A DNA stretch of 32,000 bases, taken from Synechocystis sp. PCC 6803 substr. PCC-P (GTDB taxonomy: Bacteria > Cyanobacteriota > Cyanobacteriia > Cyanobacteriales > Microcystaceae). Below are positions 1-8,561 of the stretch, one piece after another. A model generated the notes under the pieces. It ran no database searches, was not told where the DNA came from, and saw only the letters and a program-made list of their open reading frames with translations. The first letter of the stretch is position 1. Every line of letters begins with the position of its first letter. Both the position numbers and the translations under genes were made by a program. The stretch is from the NCBI RefSeq assembly GCF_000284455.1, contig NC_017039.1:1230001-1262000 (forward strand), in the 5' to 3' direction.

Positions 1-239
1 CACAGACTAAAGTTGCTAGTGGTAAAAGGGCTAGCAAAAATCGCCTGCATAATTGGTTCCAACAAATCCAGGGGCAGATGATTTTTTAAATGGCGATCGG
101 GTAAGTAACAATAATCACAATCTAAATTGCAATAGGAAGTGGGTTGAATAATAATTAAATTGGTGGGGCCAAAATTAGTTATGTCCACATCCCTTATACT
201 TTCATTAATGGGTTGGGTTTGGTTGACTAAAGCTTGCAT
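1..239 (-). CDS. grrM: Radical SAM/SPASM-type peptide maturase, GrrM-like, N-terminal 79 codons only (truncated by window edge)
   Basis: Manual translation of the reverse complement gives MQALVNQTQPINESIRDVDITNFGPTNLIIIQPTSYCNLDCDYCYLPDRHLKNHLPLDLLEPIMQAIFASPFTTSNFSL. It is open to the window edge, has CX3CX2C (CNLDCDYC) followed by Y-L, typical of SPASM/anSME-like rSAM maturases, and lies next to glycine-rich precursors. Not in the ORF track. Confidence 0.85.
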   Translation of the reverse strand, partial: MQALVNQTQPINESIRDVDITNFGPTNLIIIQPTSYCNLDCDYCYLPDRHLKNHLPLDLLEPIMQAIFASPFTTSNFSL

Positions 240-278
240 AAGTGATCACCAATTGAGGCAAATGATTTGTTATTACAA

Positions 279-797
279 TTAAAGGGGAGAAGTACATACC
301 CAGATTGACTTTTGTTCATTAACTGGATCCATAATCAGTTGTGGCGCTAACCCTAAATTAGATTCCCTTGTTTCTTCAAAGTTAGAACCAAATACTGCTT
401 GAAGTGGTTCACGGGCAATCTCCACAGGAACCTCAAAGGTGACAGCATAAACTCCCCAGGTGCCCGCCGGAATCATAACTGCTGAAACAGGAAGACCGTA
501 ATAACTTTCCTTAATTTGATAGTAAGCAAAGTCATCCTCGATTTTATCTGGCACAAGACGCTGAAAAAATCGATGTTTTGGCCGATCAATCCCTTCCCAG
601 GGAGCAAGATAAACTCCTTCAAATTTACATTCAGGAAAGCTCCGCATCATGTCCTCAAAATCACTGGCAAAGTTATCGGTAATGACTTTCGCCGGCTCGG
701 CAAGAAGGGGTTGGGATGGTAATAGTTGGTAACCAACAATTGCCAGGGAGACTATCACTACCCGATAAGCAGAAACAGATGAGAAAGAAAACAGCAA
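279..797 (-). CDS. Small secreted hypothetical protein within the rSAM/RiPP gene cluster
   Basis: 172-aa ORF with N-terminal hydrophobic segment (YRVVIVSLAIVGYQLLPSQPLLAEPA) resembling a signal peptide; two cysteines in the mature part; same strand and tight spacing with its neighbours. Confidence 0.75.
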   Translation of the reverse strand: MLFSFSSVSAYRVVIVSLAIVGYQLLPSQPLLAEPAKVITDNFASDFEDMMRSFPECKFEGVYLAPWEGIDRPKHRFFQRLVPDKIEDDFAYYQIKESYYGLPVSAVMIPAGTWGVYAVTFEVPVEIAREPLQAVFGSNFEETRESNLGLAPQLIMDPVNEQKSIWVCTSPL

Positions 798-841
798 TTT
801 TGTTCCCTAGGTTTCAGTGTTGGCTGTGAAATGTTAGTAAA

Positions 842-1276
842 CTACCAACGATTAACAAAACCACCGCCGCCGCCCCGGTTAACAAAGCCTCCCCCGTCTC
901 CCCAACCATTGCCCCAGGGATTATTAACATTGGCAAAGCCGCCGCCCCCACTGCCATCGGCCCAGCCGCCGCGCCCGACATTAGCAAAGCCACCGCCCCC
1001 GGCACCATCACCCCATCCTCCCCGCCGGGCATTACCAAAACCACCACCACCGCCACCATTGGCAAAACCAGCTTGTAGATTAGCTCGATTGATGGGAGTT
1101 TCCTCTGGGGACATTTGATTAGCCCTTTGCTGTAGAGCTGAGCTGATATTGTTTAACCGAGTGGAAAGGGCATTCTGAGAATTAGTTGCCAGGGCATTGC
1201 CCGGTTCTGCCACTGTTCCGATCGCCGTTAGGGCAATTACAAATGCTGTCCAGCTAGAGCGGTTATTGATAGCCAT
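842..1276 (-). CDS. grrA: Glycine-rich secreted RiPP precursor, GrrA-like (copy 2)
   Basis: Start placed at MAINNRSSWTAFVIALTAI... (ATG 1274-1276, upstream GGGAG on the coding strand). Signal-peptide-like N-terminus; C-terminus of GGGG(F/W)XN/D repeats ending ...GGGFVNRW. Track start at 1333 is probably too far upstream. Confidence 0.88.
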   Translation of the reverse strand: MAINNRSSWTAFVIALTAIGTVAEPGNALATNSQNALSTRLNNISSALQQRANQMSPEETPINRANLQAGFANGGGGGGFGNARRGGWGDGAGGGGFANVGRGGWADGSGGGGFANVNNPWGNGWGDGGGFVNRGGGGGFVNRW

Positions 1277-1342
1277 GGATATTGCTCCCAGATTAATGAG
1301 GTGATGGGGAAAGAACAGATGGATGGATCTCAATGATAAGCC

Positions 1343-1747
1343 TTACCAACGGTTGATGAAGCCGCCCCCATCAGGCCAACGACGGTTATAGAAACCGCCC
1401 CGATCGCCCCAGCCGTTACGCCAAGGATTGATATTGCCGAAGCCACCGCCCCCTCGGCCATTGCCCCAGCCACCTCTACCTAGGTTAACAAATGTACCGC
1501 CACCTCGCCCATTACCCCAACCGATCGCCACCTGCATAGGGGTTTCTGGAGATTGGGAAGCATTTTCTGGGGAATTAGCTTTATCAGCAGTGTTTTTAAG
1601 GCTGGAATTAATGCGAGCAATGCGGGATTCAATGGTGGTGCCTTGATCTGGGCCATGATGGTCAACAGTGGCAGCCTGAGCTGAAGCGGACGTTACCCCG
1701 GCGATCGCCACCAGGAAAGCGGTCCAGCTAAGTTGGTTAGAGTTCAT
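1343..1747 (-). CDS. grrA: Glycine-rich secreted RiPP precursor, GrrA-like (copy 1)
   Basis: 134 aa, MNSNQLSWTAFLVAIAGVTSASAQAAT... signal peptide; C-terminal core WGNGRGGGTFVNLGRGGWGNGRGGGGFGNINPWRNGWGDRGGFYNRRWPDGGGFINRW; paralogous to 842-1276. Confidence 0.9.
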   Translation of the reverse strand: MNSNQLSWTAFLVAIAGVTSASAQAATVDHHGPDQGTTIESRIARINSSLKNTADKANSPENASQSPETPMQVAIGWGNGRGGGTFVNLGRGGWGNGRGGGGFGNINPWRNGWGDRGGFYNRRWPDGGGFINRW

Positions 1748-1855
1748 GACAAATACCTAAAAATGGACAACAACAATGGGGGTAGGGATTAGCCAAGGTT
1801 GGAACAGTCCCCAAAACGTGCCAACCAAATTACTACCAATTAAAGTCAACTTCGT

Positions 1856-2755
1856 TTACTGGCCATTTTTGGGTTCCATCACCTGCTCATGGGTAATTAC
1901 TAGGTAATTAAAAAATTGACGGAGATTGTCATTGTCCACGGGCACAATACCTTCGGTGCCGATCCATTTGTCAACGATGGCCACATCTTCCGGATCCCCT
2001 TGGACATAACCCTCCGCTAGCCGTACCAGGGCCCGATTTGCCAAACGCAAAAAGCCGGGATTGTCCTCCCGCACCATACAACCGACCCCATACCTAGTTT
2101 CTGCTGGTTGGGGAATAACTTTTGTGTCAGGCATATCCAATACTTGTCGTAGACCTGCCAATTGAATACCATCTCCGGCCACTGCGTCTACAGTTCCTTT
2201 TTTCAAAGCTTCCATCCCCGCCCGCACACTGGTAACAGGCACCACTTCGATCTCATTTTGAACAATTTTCACCGCATCTTCCACAATAGTGTTGGGTACC
2301 ATGGCTACCCGGCGTCCCATTAACGTTTCGCGGGAATTGATGGGAGTATCATTGGGCACCAATAATTGAATGCCAGCCACCGCATAGCTAACTGTGAAGT
2401 CCACGTAACGGTCCCGCTCCCAGGTAAAAGCAGTATCACAAACAATGTCTAGCTCCCCGGTTTTCAGTTTGGGCAAGGCATCACTCATATCCTGCACTTC
2501 AACAATCTGCAAAACCACATCCCGGCCCAGTTCTTTACCCACTTCCTCGCGGATACGGTCGGCAATGTCGATGGAGTAGCCCACCACCTCATTGTTATCG
2601 TTGATATAGGAAAAAGGCACATTGTCCAGGTTGGCCCCGATGGTTAAATTACCGGTGCGAATAATTTTCTCCATTACGGTTTCGGCGATCGCCGCTTGGG
2701 CTCCCACCGTAGCGAGTAACAGCCCAATGAAAGTGGCGGAGAACTGCTTCAACAT
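1856..2755 (-). CDS. Periplasmic amino-acid-type substrate-binding protein, GrrP-like (GRRM-associated solute-binding family)
   Basis: Start at MLKQFSATFIGLLLATVGAQAAIAETVMEKI (ATG 2753-2755) gives a clean signal peptide; SBP_bac_3 features such as LTIGANLDNVPFSYINDNNEVVGYSIDIADRI and GELDIVCDTAFTWERDRYVDFTVSY. No permease or ATPase gene beside it. The track's extension to 3004 overlaps cobI antisense. Confidence 0.85.
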   Translation of the reverse strand: MLKQFSATFIGLLLATVGAQAAIAETVMEKIIRTGNLTIGANLDNVPFSYINDNNEVVGYSIDIADRIREEVGKELGRDVVLQIVEVQDMSDALPKLKTGELDIVCDTAFTWERDRYVDFTVSYAVAGIQLLVPNDTPINSRETLMGRRVAMVPNTIVEDAVKIVQNEIEVVPVTSVRAGMEALKKGTVDAVAGDGIQLAGLRQVLDMPDTKVIPQPAETRYGVGCMVREDNPGFLRLANRALVRLAEGYVQGDPEDVAIVDKWIGTEGIVPVDNDNLRQFFNYLVITHEQVMEPKNGQ

Positions 2756-2855
2756 GGCATTAATTAACCAAAAAGTTTGCGTCCAGTCTAATATAGACCG
2801 GCTTTTGCCCCGGTAAAGTAAAGAACTATTACAAACATTGTCGCAATCACTTTCT

Positions 2856-3584
2856 ATGACCTTTGGCATTCTCCACGGTGTTAGTGTGGGCCCCGGTGAC
2901 CCGGAGTTGATCACCCTCAAGGGGTTAAAGATTTTGCAATCCTGCCCCGTGGTAGCTTTTCCCGCTGGTTTACAAGGGCGATCGGGGGTAGCAGAACAAA
3001 TCATTAATTCCTATCTGAAACCAGAACAAATTCGTCTGTCCCTCAAATTTCCCTATGTGCAAAAGGAAGAAATTCTAGAGCAGGCCTGGCAGGAAGCGGC
3101 CGCAGAAGTTTGGCCCTACCTAGAAAAAGGAATGGATGTGGCCTTTGCCTGTGAAGGGGATATTAGTTTTTACAGCACCTTCACCTACCTTGCCCAAACC
3201 TTAAAAAGTAACCATCCCCAGTTAGGGATCAACTACATTGCTGGGGTAAGTTCTCCCTTTGCTGGAGCTTCAACCCTGGGTTTACCCCTAACTTGTCAGG
3301 AAGAAAAGCTCGCAATTTTACCAGCATTATATTGCCCGGAAGAATTGGAAAAAGCGTTGGATTGGGCGGAGGTAGTAGTGTTGATGAAAGTTCGTTTAGT
3401 GTATGGACAAGTGTGGAAAATTTTAGCTAAAAGAGGACTATTAGACCAGGCTTGGCTGTTGGAAAAAATTTCTACCGCCGAGGAAAAAATTTACCATCCC
3501 CTCAGCCATTATCCCCAGCTGTCCCTCTCCTATTTTTCCCTAATGTTAATCAAGCAAAATCAAAATAAGATTGGCAGAATTTAA
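2856..3584 (+). CDS. cobI: Precorrin-2 C20-methyltransferase
   Basis: MTFGILHGVSVGPGDPELITLKGLKIL... with CEGDISFYSTF and AGVSS motifs of tetrapyrrole methylases/CobI. Alternative start TTG at 2838. Confidence 0.9.
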   Translation: MTFGILHGVSVGPGDPELITLKGLKILQSCPVVAFPAGLQGRSGVAEQIINSYLKPEQIRLSLKFPYVQKEEILEQAWQEAAAEVWPYLEKGMDVAFACEGDISFYSTFTYLAQTLKSNHPQLGINYIAGVSSPFAGASTLGLPLTCQEEKLAILPALYCPEELEKALDWAEVVVLMKVRLVYGQVWKILAKRGLLDQAWLLEKISTAEEKIYHPLSHYPQLSLSYFSLMLIKQNQNKIGRI

Positions 3585-4195
3585 CGGAGAAAATTTTCGA
3601 GCATAATGCCTTCTTTGCGGCCGTGATCAGTTTGGCGATCGTAGTCCAGATCCCTTTGGCGGTAAAGCTGGATAATCTGTTGAGCAGTGCTTTCAGCTTT
3701 GGTTTGTAGACTCTGACAGTTGGGAAATGGGCCGAGATTTAGTAAGGCTTTTTCAATGGCCCTAGCCCCATACAGACCGGAATTTTTATGGTTTTCCTCA
3801 TGCTTAAATAAAGCGGCCAAGTAGTGATTAAAAACCCTGCGAGCTTCCGGATCACTGCCGTGGTTAGGGGGAATGCGGGGTAGGGTGTAGATAACATCAA
3901 GGTTGGTGGTAACTTTAGTGATTTGACATTGTTGGGCTGTGGACCACCATTGATACTGCCAGCGCACTAGCCATTGAGTATAGCCACGGTAACGTTTACC
4001 TTGAAAAATAATCGGGCTACGTTGATTTAATTCATTATTTAAATCCCATTTAGTTTTGGGATAAATAGAATAGTATTTATACTCGATTTTAACAATTGGT
4101 TCTGCCTCTACCCTAGCCGCCCCAAGCAGTCCCAAAACTATTGTTAATGGGGCAAGCAATGCTGACTTAACATACATTTTGCTCAGCCTGTTCAC
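3581..4195 (-). CDS. Secreted DUF922-type putative Zn-dependent protease
   Basis: Signal-like N-terminus; HEENH (HExxH) and ...YDRQTDHGRKEG... C-terminal motif typical of the DUF922 family. Confidence 0.75.
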   Translation of the reverse strand: MNRLSKMYVKSALLAPLTIVLGLLGAARVEAEPIVKIEYKYYSIYPKTKWDLNNELNQRSPIIFQGKRYRGYTQWLVRWQYQWWSTAQQCQITKVTTNLDVIYTLPRIPPNHGSDPEARRVFNHYLAALFKHEENHKNSGLYGARAIEKALLNLGPFPNCQSLQTKAESTAQQIIQLYRQRDLDYDRQTDHGRKEGIMLENFLR

Positions 4196-4207
4196 TGTTG
4201 GTAGTGA

Positions 4208-5128
4208 TTACCTCAATTTGGTAATGGTTGCGCCCTTAGTATCAATGGGCAAACAATGACTTTCCGCTTCAATGCCTGCATCATGCCAGGTTTCCACTAG
4301 GGTGGAGGCGATCTGGGGAGCCCGGACTTCATCGGCGATCGCCAATAGGGTAGGGCCAGCACCGCTAATTACTAGGTTATAGGCCCCGGCGGCGAGGGCG
4401 GCCTGGTGGAGTTGGTCATAGGCAGGAATCAAACTCTGGCGATAGGGTTGATGGATTTGATCCTGGAGGGCCAGGGCTAACCAATCTCCCCGCCCTTGGC
4501 TAAAAGCTTGTACCAACAGCGCTAGGTGAGAAGCGTTAAAAATGGCGGCACTACGGTCATATTGATGGGGAAGAACAGCCCGGGCCGCTTCGGTGGATAA
4601 CTCGAAATTGGGAATGGCCAAAACCGGGACAAATTTGCTCGGCCAATCCAAAGCAACCAATTGCCAATGGTCACCATTTTTGACAGCCAGTTGACAGCCC
4701 CCCAATAGGGCCGGAGCCACATTATCGGGATGTCCTTCCATGGCGATCGCCATCTGCAAAATTTCCGAGGTTGTGCAGGGATTACCCGCCGCTTGATTGG
4801 CCGCCAATAACCCCCCCACAATGGCCGTAGCTGAACTACCCAAACCCCGGGCCAAAGGAATTTCCAAGTCAATTTCCAGCTTTAGGGGTGGTATAGCCTG
4901 CCCAGTTTGTTGATAAAAGTAGGCGATGGCTTGGTAGAGTAAATTGTCCTTGGTGGTGCTGATTTTTTCCCCGTCCCTGCCCCTGGCTTCAATCAATAGA
5001 TCAACTTCCGGGTCCGTCGGATCAGTCACCGTCACATGGTTATATAACCCCAGGGCCGCCCCCAAACAATCAAAGCCTGGGCCAATATTGGCGGTGGTGG
5101 CGGGCACAGAAACGGTAAAGCTGACCAT
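4208..5128 (-). CDS. thrB: Homoserine kinase
   Basis: GHMP kinase: VPATTANIGPGFDCLGAALGLYN, IPLARGLGSSATAIVGG, ISGAGPTLLAI. Confidence 0.97.
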   Translation of the reverse strand: MVSFTVSVPATTANIGPGFDCLGAALGLYNHVTVTDPTDPEVDLLIEARGRDGEKISTTKDNLLYQAIAYFYQQTGQAIPPLKLEIDLEIPLARGLGSSATAIVGGLLAANQAAGNPCTTSEILQMAIAMEGHPDNVAPALLGGCQLAVKNGDHWQLVALDWPSKFVPVLAIPNFELSTEAARAVLPHQYDRSAAIFNASHLALLVQAFSQGRGDWLALALQDQIHQPYRQSLIPAYDQLHQAALAAGAYNLVISGAGPTLLAIADEVRAPQIASTLVETWHDAGIEAESHCLPIDTKGATITKLR

Positions 5129-5387
5129 GGCAAATAGCAGGGAAAATGGGGATTAATGCTCTGGCATTATCGGGCTTGGTCTGGGCCAGAGGCAATAGTG
5201 GCTTGACCCAGAGGCGATCGCTTGGCGGATACGATTGATTTTTGCCAAGGCGAAAATAGTTTACTTAGACCATGGCTACCTGAATGAATGATTGGGCAGT
5301 AATGGAATTAATGGGAGTAAAATATCCATCTATTCATCTGGTTTATTAACATTTACCTATATTTATTTGGGAGTTAAAGCCTAGCCA

Positions 5388-6521
5388 ATGAAATCCACTG
5401 GAGAAACACTGAACATAGAAGAAAAAGTTTTTGCGATTGCGGATCAATTTGATCACCAAGGAAAAATTGTCCAGATCAAACCCTTTGGCAACGGCAATAT
5501 TAATGACACTTTTTTGGTGGATCTAGACGGTCAAACGCAAACTAGTTTTATTTTGCAAAGGATTAACCATCAAGTATTTAAAAATCCAGCGGCAGTGATG
5601 GGCAATATGGTCAGGGTAACTACCCATATTAAGCAAAAATTACAACGGCAACCCCTGGAACGCCCTTGGTTAATGCCAGAAGTAATTTTGACTAAAAATA
5701 ATCAAGATCATTGGGATTCGGGCACTGGAGAATTTTGGCGGGCGATTAGCTTCATTGCCGGTTCGGAATCCTTTGATATTCTGACAGACCCAGCCCAGGC
5801 CAAGGAAGTGGGCACAGCCCTAGGCATTTTCCATCAACTGTTGAGCGACCTTTCCCCCAGCCAATTAGTCGATACTCTGCCTGGATTTCACCATACTCCC
5901 ATTTATCTCCAGCAGTATCAGCGGGCCCTGGCCCAGAATCCGAAGCTAACAGGATCATTAGGCCCAGAAATTAACCATTGCCAAAGGGTCATTAAAACTT
6001 GGCTTGATCAGTGTGGAGTATTGGAAACAGCTAAAGCGCAGGGACAATTACCCCTCCGGTTAATGCATGGTGATCCCAAAGTGAATAATATTTTGTTTGA
6101 TCGCCAATCGGGAAAAGCAGTCAGCGTGATTGATTTGGATACCACTAAACCAGGTTTAATCCATTACGATTTGGGGGATTGTTTGCGTTCCGGTTGCAAT
6201 CTGTTGGGAGAAGAAACGGAAAACTGGTCAGCAGTGGAATTTGATCTAGATCTTTGCCGGGCTATTCTTGAGGGCTATTTACCCCAATGTCAGCATTTTC
6301 TCACCGCCGCTGATTATGATTATTTGTGCCCCGCCATTGTCCTGATTAGCTTTGAATTGGGACTACGGTTTTTTACCGATTACCTTAACGGCGATCGTTA
6401 TTTCAAAGTTAAATACCCGGAGCACAATCTAATCAGAGCTTTGGTGCAATTCCAGTTAGCTAGCCATATCCAAAGCCAAGAAGATGCCATTCGTCGGATG
6501 ATCGAGGATATCAGAGGTTAA
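5388..6521 (+). CDS. Phosphotransferase (APH/choline kinase-like fold; possibly N-acetylhexosamine 1-kinase-like)
   Basis: FGNGNINDTFLVDLDGQTQTSFILQRIN, LMHGDPKVNNILFD (catalytic loop), VIDLDTTKPGLIHYDLGDCLRSG. Confidence 0.8.
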   Translation: MKSTGETLNIEEKVFAIADQFDHQGKIVQIKPFGNGNINDTFLVDLDGQTQTSFILQRINHQVFKNPAAVMGNMVRVTTHIKQKLQRQPLERPWLMPEVILTKNNQDHWDSGTGEFWRAISFIAGSESFDILTDPAQAKEVGTALGIFHQLLSDLSPSQLVDTLPGFHHTPIYLQQYQRALAQNPKLTGSLGPEINHCQRVIKTWLDQCGVLETAKAQGQLPLRLMHGDPKVNNILFDRQSGKAVSVIDLDTTKPGLIHYDLGDCLRSGCNLLGEETENWSAVEFDLDLCRAILEGYLPQCQHFLTAADYDYLCPAIVLISFELGLRFFTDYLNGDRYFKVKYPEHNLIRALVQFQLASHIQSQEDAIRRMIEDIRG

Positions 6522-6614
6522 AGCCTTTTTGGATAAGGAATTATCCTCGCCGCTTACTATAGTCAAGGGTAGTAAACATTGGTTTTGCAGACTCTTTTTG
6601 CCAACTGATAACTG

Positions 6615-8081
6615 TTAACTATCCCCCAAATGGCATTGCACAGTGCTGGTGAGTTGGTCCGACCAATGGGCCGCCGTCTCCGCACAGGCCGCCTCCACCA
6701 TGACCCGAATTAATGGTTCTGTGCCCGAAGCCCGCACTAAAATTCTTCCGGTGGTGCCCATGGACTTTTCCGCCGTGGCGATCGCCTGTTGCAAAGGGGC
6801 GCATTCTTGCCAATGTAAGCGGCGCTCCCGGTCTAGTACCCTGACGTTGCGGAGAATTTGGGGATAGGGTTGGAAACTTTCCGACAGCAGTTCGCTCAAA
6901 GATAAACCGGACTTTTGCACTAGGGTGGCTAAATGCAAGGCCGCCTGCAGGCCATCCCCGGAATAACTGTGGTGGTGGCAAATAATGTGTCCTGACTGTT
7001 CTCCCCCTAGCATGGCTCCGGTTTCCCACATTTGGGCTTGGACGTTTTGGTCCCCCACCGCAGTGCGAATTAATTTACCCCCCAGTTTTTCCCAAGCTCG
7101 CTCAAAGGCTAAGTTGGCCATGACAGTGCCGACAATTAGGTTATCGGGCAGATGGTTGCTCTCCTGGAGAGTTTTGCCCCATAAAAAGAGAATGTAATCT
7201 CCGTCCACCGGGCGGCCCTGGGCATCCACCGCCATCACCCGGTCTGCATCGCCGTCAAAGGCAAAACCTAAATCCGCCCCGGTTTCCCGCACAGCCCTTT
7301 GCAAACGATGTAAATGGGTGGAGCCGCAATCAACGTTAATTTGACTGCCATCGGCCAAATCGTGCAGAGCTATGACCTCCGCTCCCAAACTGCGAAAAAT
7401 ATGGGGTGCCAAATTGACCGAAGCTCCCCAGGCTAGATCCAACACCACTTTTAGCCCTTGAAAATTCAAGGGTTGGGGCAAACTACCTAGCAAAAAATCT
7501 TGGTAATATTGGACACGATGGGGCTGGCCATAACTCCTTCCCCATTGACTGGCATTCAGCCCGGAGGTTTGATTTTGTCCCCGCAGTCCTGCTTCGATCG
7601 CCGTGGCTAGGGATTTGGGTAATTTTAGCCCTTGGTGATCAAAAAACTTGATGCCATTGTCTTCCGGCGGATTATGGCTAGCGGAAATCATAATGCCCCC
7701 GATTGCCGCTGTTTTTCTGGTGAGATAGGCCACACAGGGAGTCGGACAAAGTCCGAGTTGCCACACCTCTACCCCGGCACTGTTCAAACCGGCGGCCATG
7801 GCGTTGGCTAGCATGTCACTGGAAAGTCGGGAATCCTGGCCGATAATCACTGGTCCAGCAGTATCAGTTTGTTCCCGTAATACCTGCCCCGCCCAAAAGC
7901 CCAAGGATAAAGCCAAAGGAGCCGTCAACAATTCCCCAGCCTTACCCCGGATACCGTCCGTGCCAAACAATGGCGATCGGGGCAAGCTCAAGCCGAATTC
8001 TCCCATCGTTGACGGCAAAGGCAGATCTAAACCACGACTGTGGATGGGGGAAGCAACCATCTGAAAATTTTCCTCACACAA
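6615..8081 (-). CDS. glmM: Phosphoglucosamine mutase / phosphohexomutase
   Basis: [87 protein letters not shown]. Start may be at 8060 (MVASPIHS...). Confidence 0.88.
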   Translation of the reverse strand: MCEENFQMVASPIHSRGLDLPLPSTMGEFGLSLPRSPLFGTDGIRGKAGELLTAPLALSLGFWAGQVLREQTDTAGPVIIGQDSRLSSDMLANAMAAGLNSAGVEVWQLGLCPTPCVAYLTRKTAAIGGIMISASHNPPEDNGIKFFDHQGLKLPKSLATAIEAGLRGQNQTSGLNASQWGRSYGQPHRVQYYQDFLLGSLPQPLNFQGLKVVLDLAWGASVNLAPHIFRSLGAEVIALHDLADGSQINVDCGSTHLHRLQRAVRETGADLGFAFDGDADRVMAVDAQGRPVDGDYILFLWGKTLQESNHLPDNLIVGTVMANLAFERAWEKLGGKLIRTAVGDQNVQAQMWETGAMLGGEQSGHIICHHHSYSGDGLQAALHLATLVQKSGLSLSELLSESFQPYPQILRNVRVLDRERRLHWQECAPLQQAIATAEKSMGTTGRILVRASGTEPLIRVMVEAACAETAAHWSDQLTSTVQCHLGDS

Positions 8082-8227
8082 TTCTTCCTCTCAGGATAAC
8101 TGCTCCGGGAAATTTCAGGTAAATCACGCCCCACTGGATTGCCTCAGGGGTTGAACGTCCGCTACCCTTAGAACTGTGACGATTTGTAAAAATCCGCCCA
8201 ATTTTTAAATTCTGATTCCGGCGAAAT

Positions 8228-8455
8228 ATGCCCCATACCATTGTTACGGAAACCTGCGAAGGCGTGGCCGACTGCGTTGAAGCCTGCCCCGTAGCCTGCA
8301 TTCACCCCGGAGACGGGAAAAACACCATTGGCACCGATTGGTACTGGATTGACTTTGCCACCTGCATCGATTGCGGCATCTGCCTCCAAGTTTGCCCGGT
8401 GGAAGGGGCCATTCTGCCGGAGGAACGGCCTGATTTACAGAAAAGCCCTGCCTAG
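8228..8455 (+). CDS. Small 4Fe-4S ferredoxin-like protein
   Basis: MPHTIVTETCEGVADCVEACPVACIH...WYWIDFATCIDCGICLQVCPVEGAI: two Fe-S cysteine clusters. Confidence 0.93.
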   Translation: MPHTIVTETCEGVADCVEACPVACIHPGDGKNTIGTDWYWIDFATCIDCGICLQVCPVEGAILPEERPDLQKSPA

Positions 8456-8561
8456 GGTTGGGAGGGGTCTAACTGCCCTCGACTAGCTTAAATTTTGCTG
8501 GTTGACTGATATTCACTAAGTTCCGTGGCCTGGGTCGATCAAACTTTTCCACCCTTTATCT

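Noticed and set aside
814-1118. Gly/Ala/Val-rich (814-1065, minus) and Pro-rich (831-1118, plus) ORFs
   Set aside because: They are alternative-frame or antisense readings of the GC-rich glycine repeat region of the 842-1276 precursor. Low complexity reflects the GGN/CCN codons.
1428-1665. Pro-rich ORF 1428-1646 (plus) and 1480-1665 (minus)
   Set aside because: Antisense/out-of-frame readings of the 1343-1747 precursor gene.
842-1747. CRISPR or tandem DNA repeat array
   Set aside because: The repeats are irregular in length, encode GGGG(F/W)XN/D peptide units in frame, and have no unique spacers.
2756-3004. N-terminal extension of the solute-binding protein to 3004
   Set aside because: The extension overlaps cobI antisense, and a clear signal peptide starts at the Met encoded by 2753-2755.
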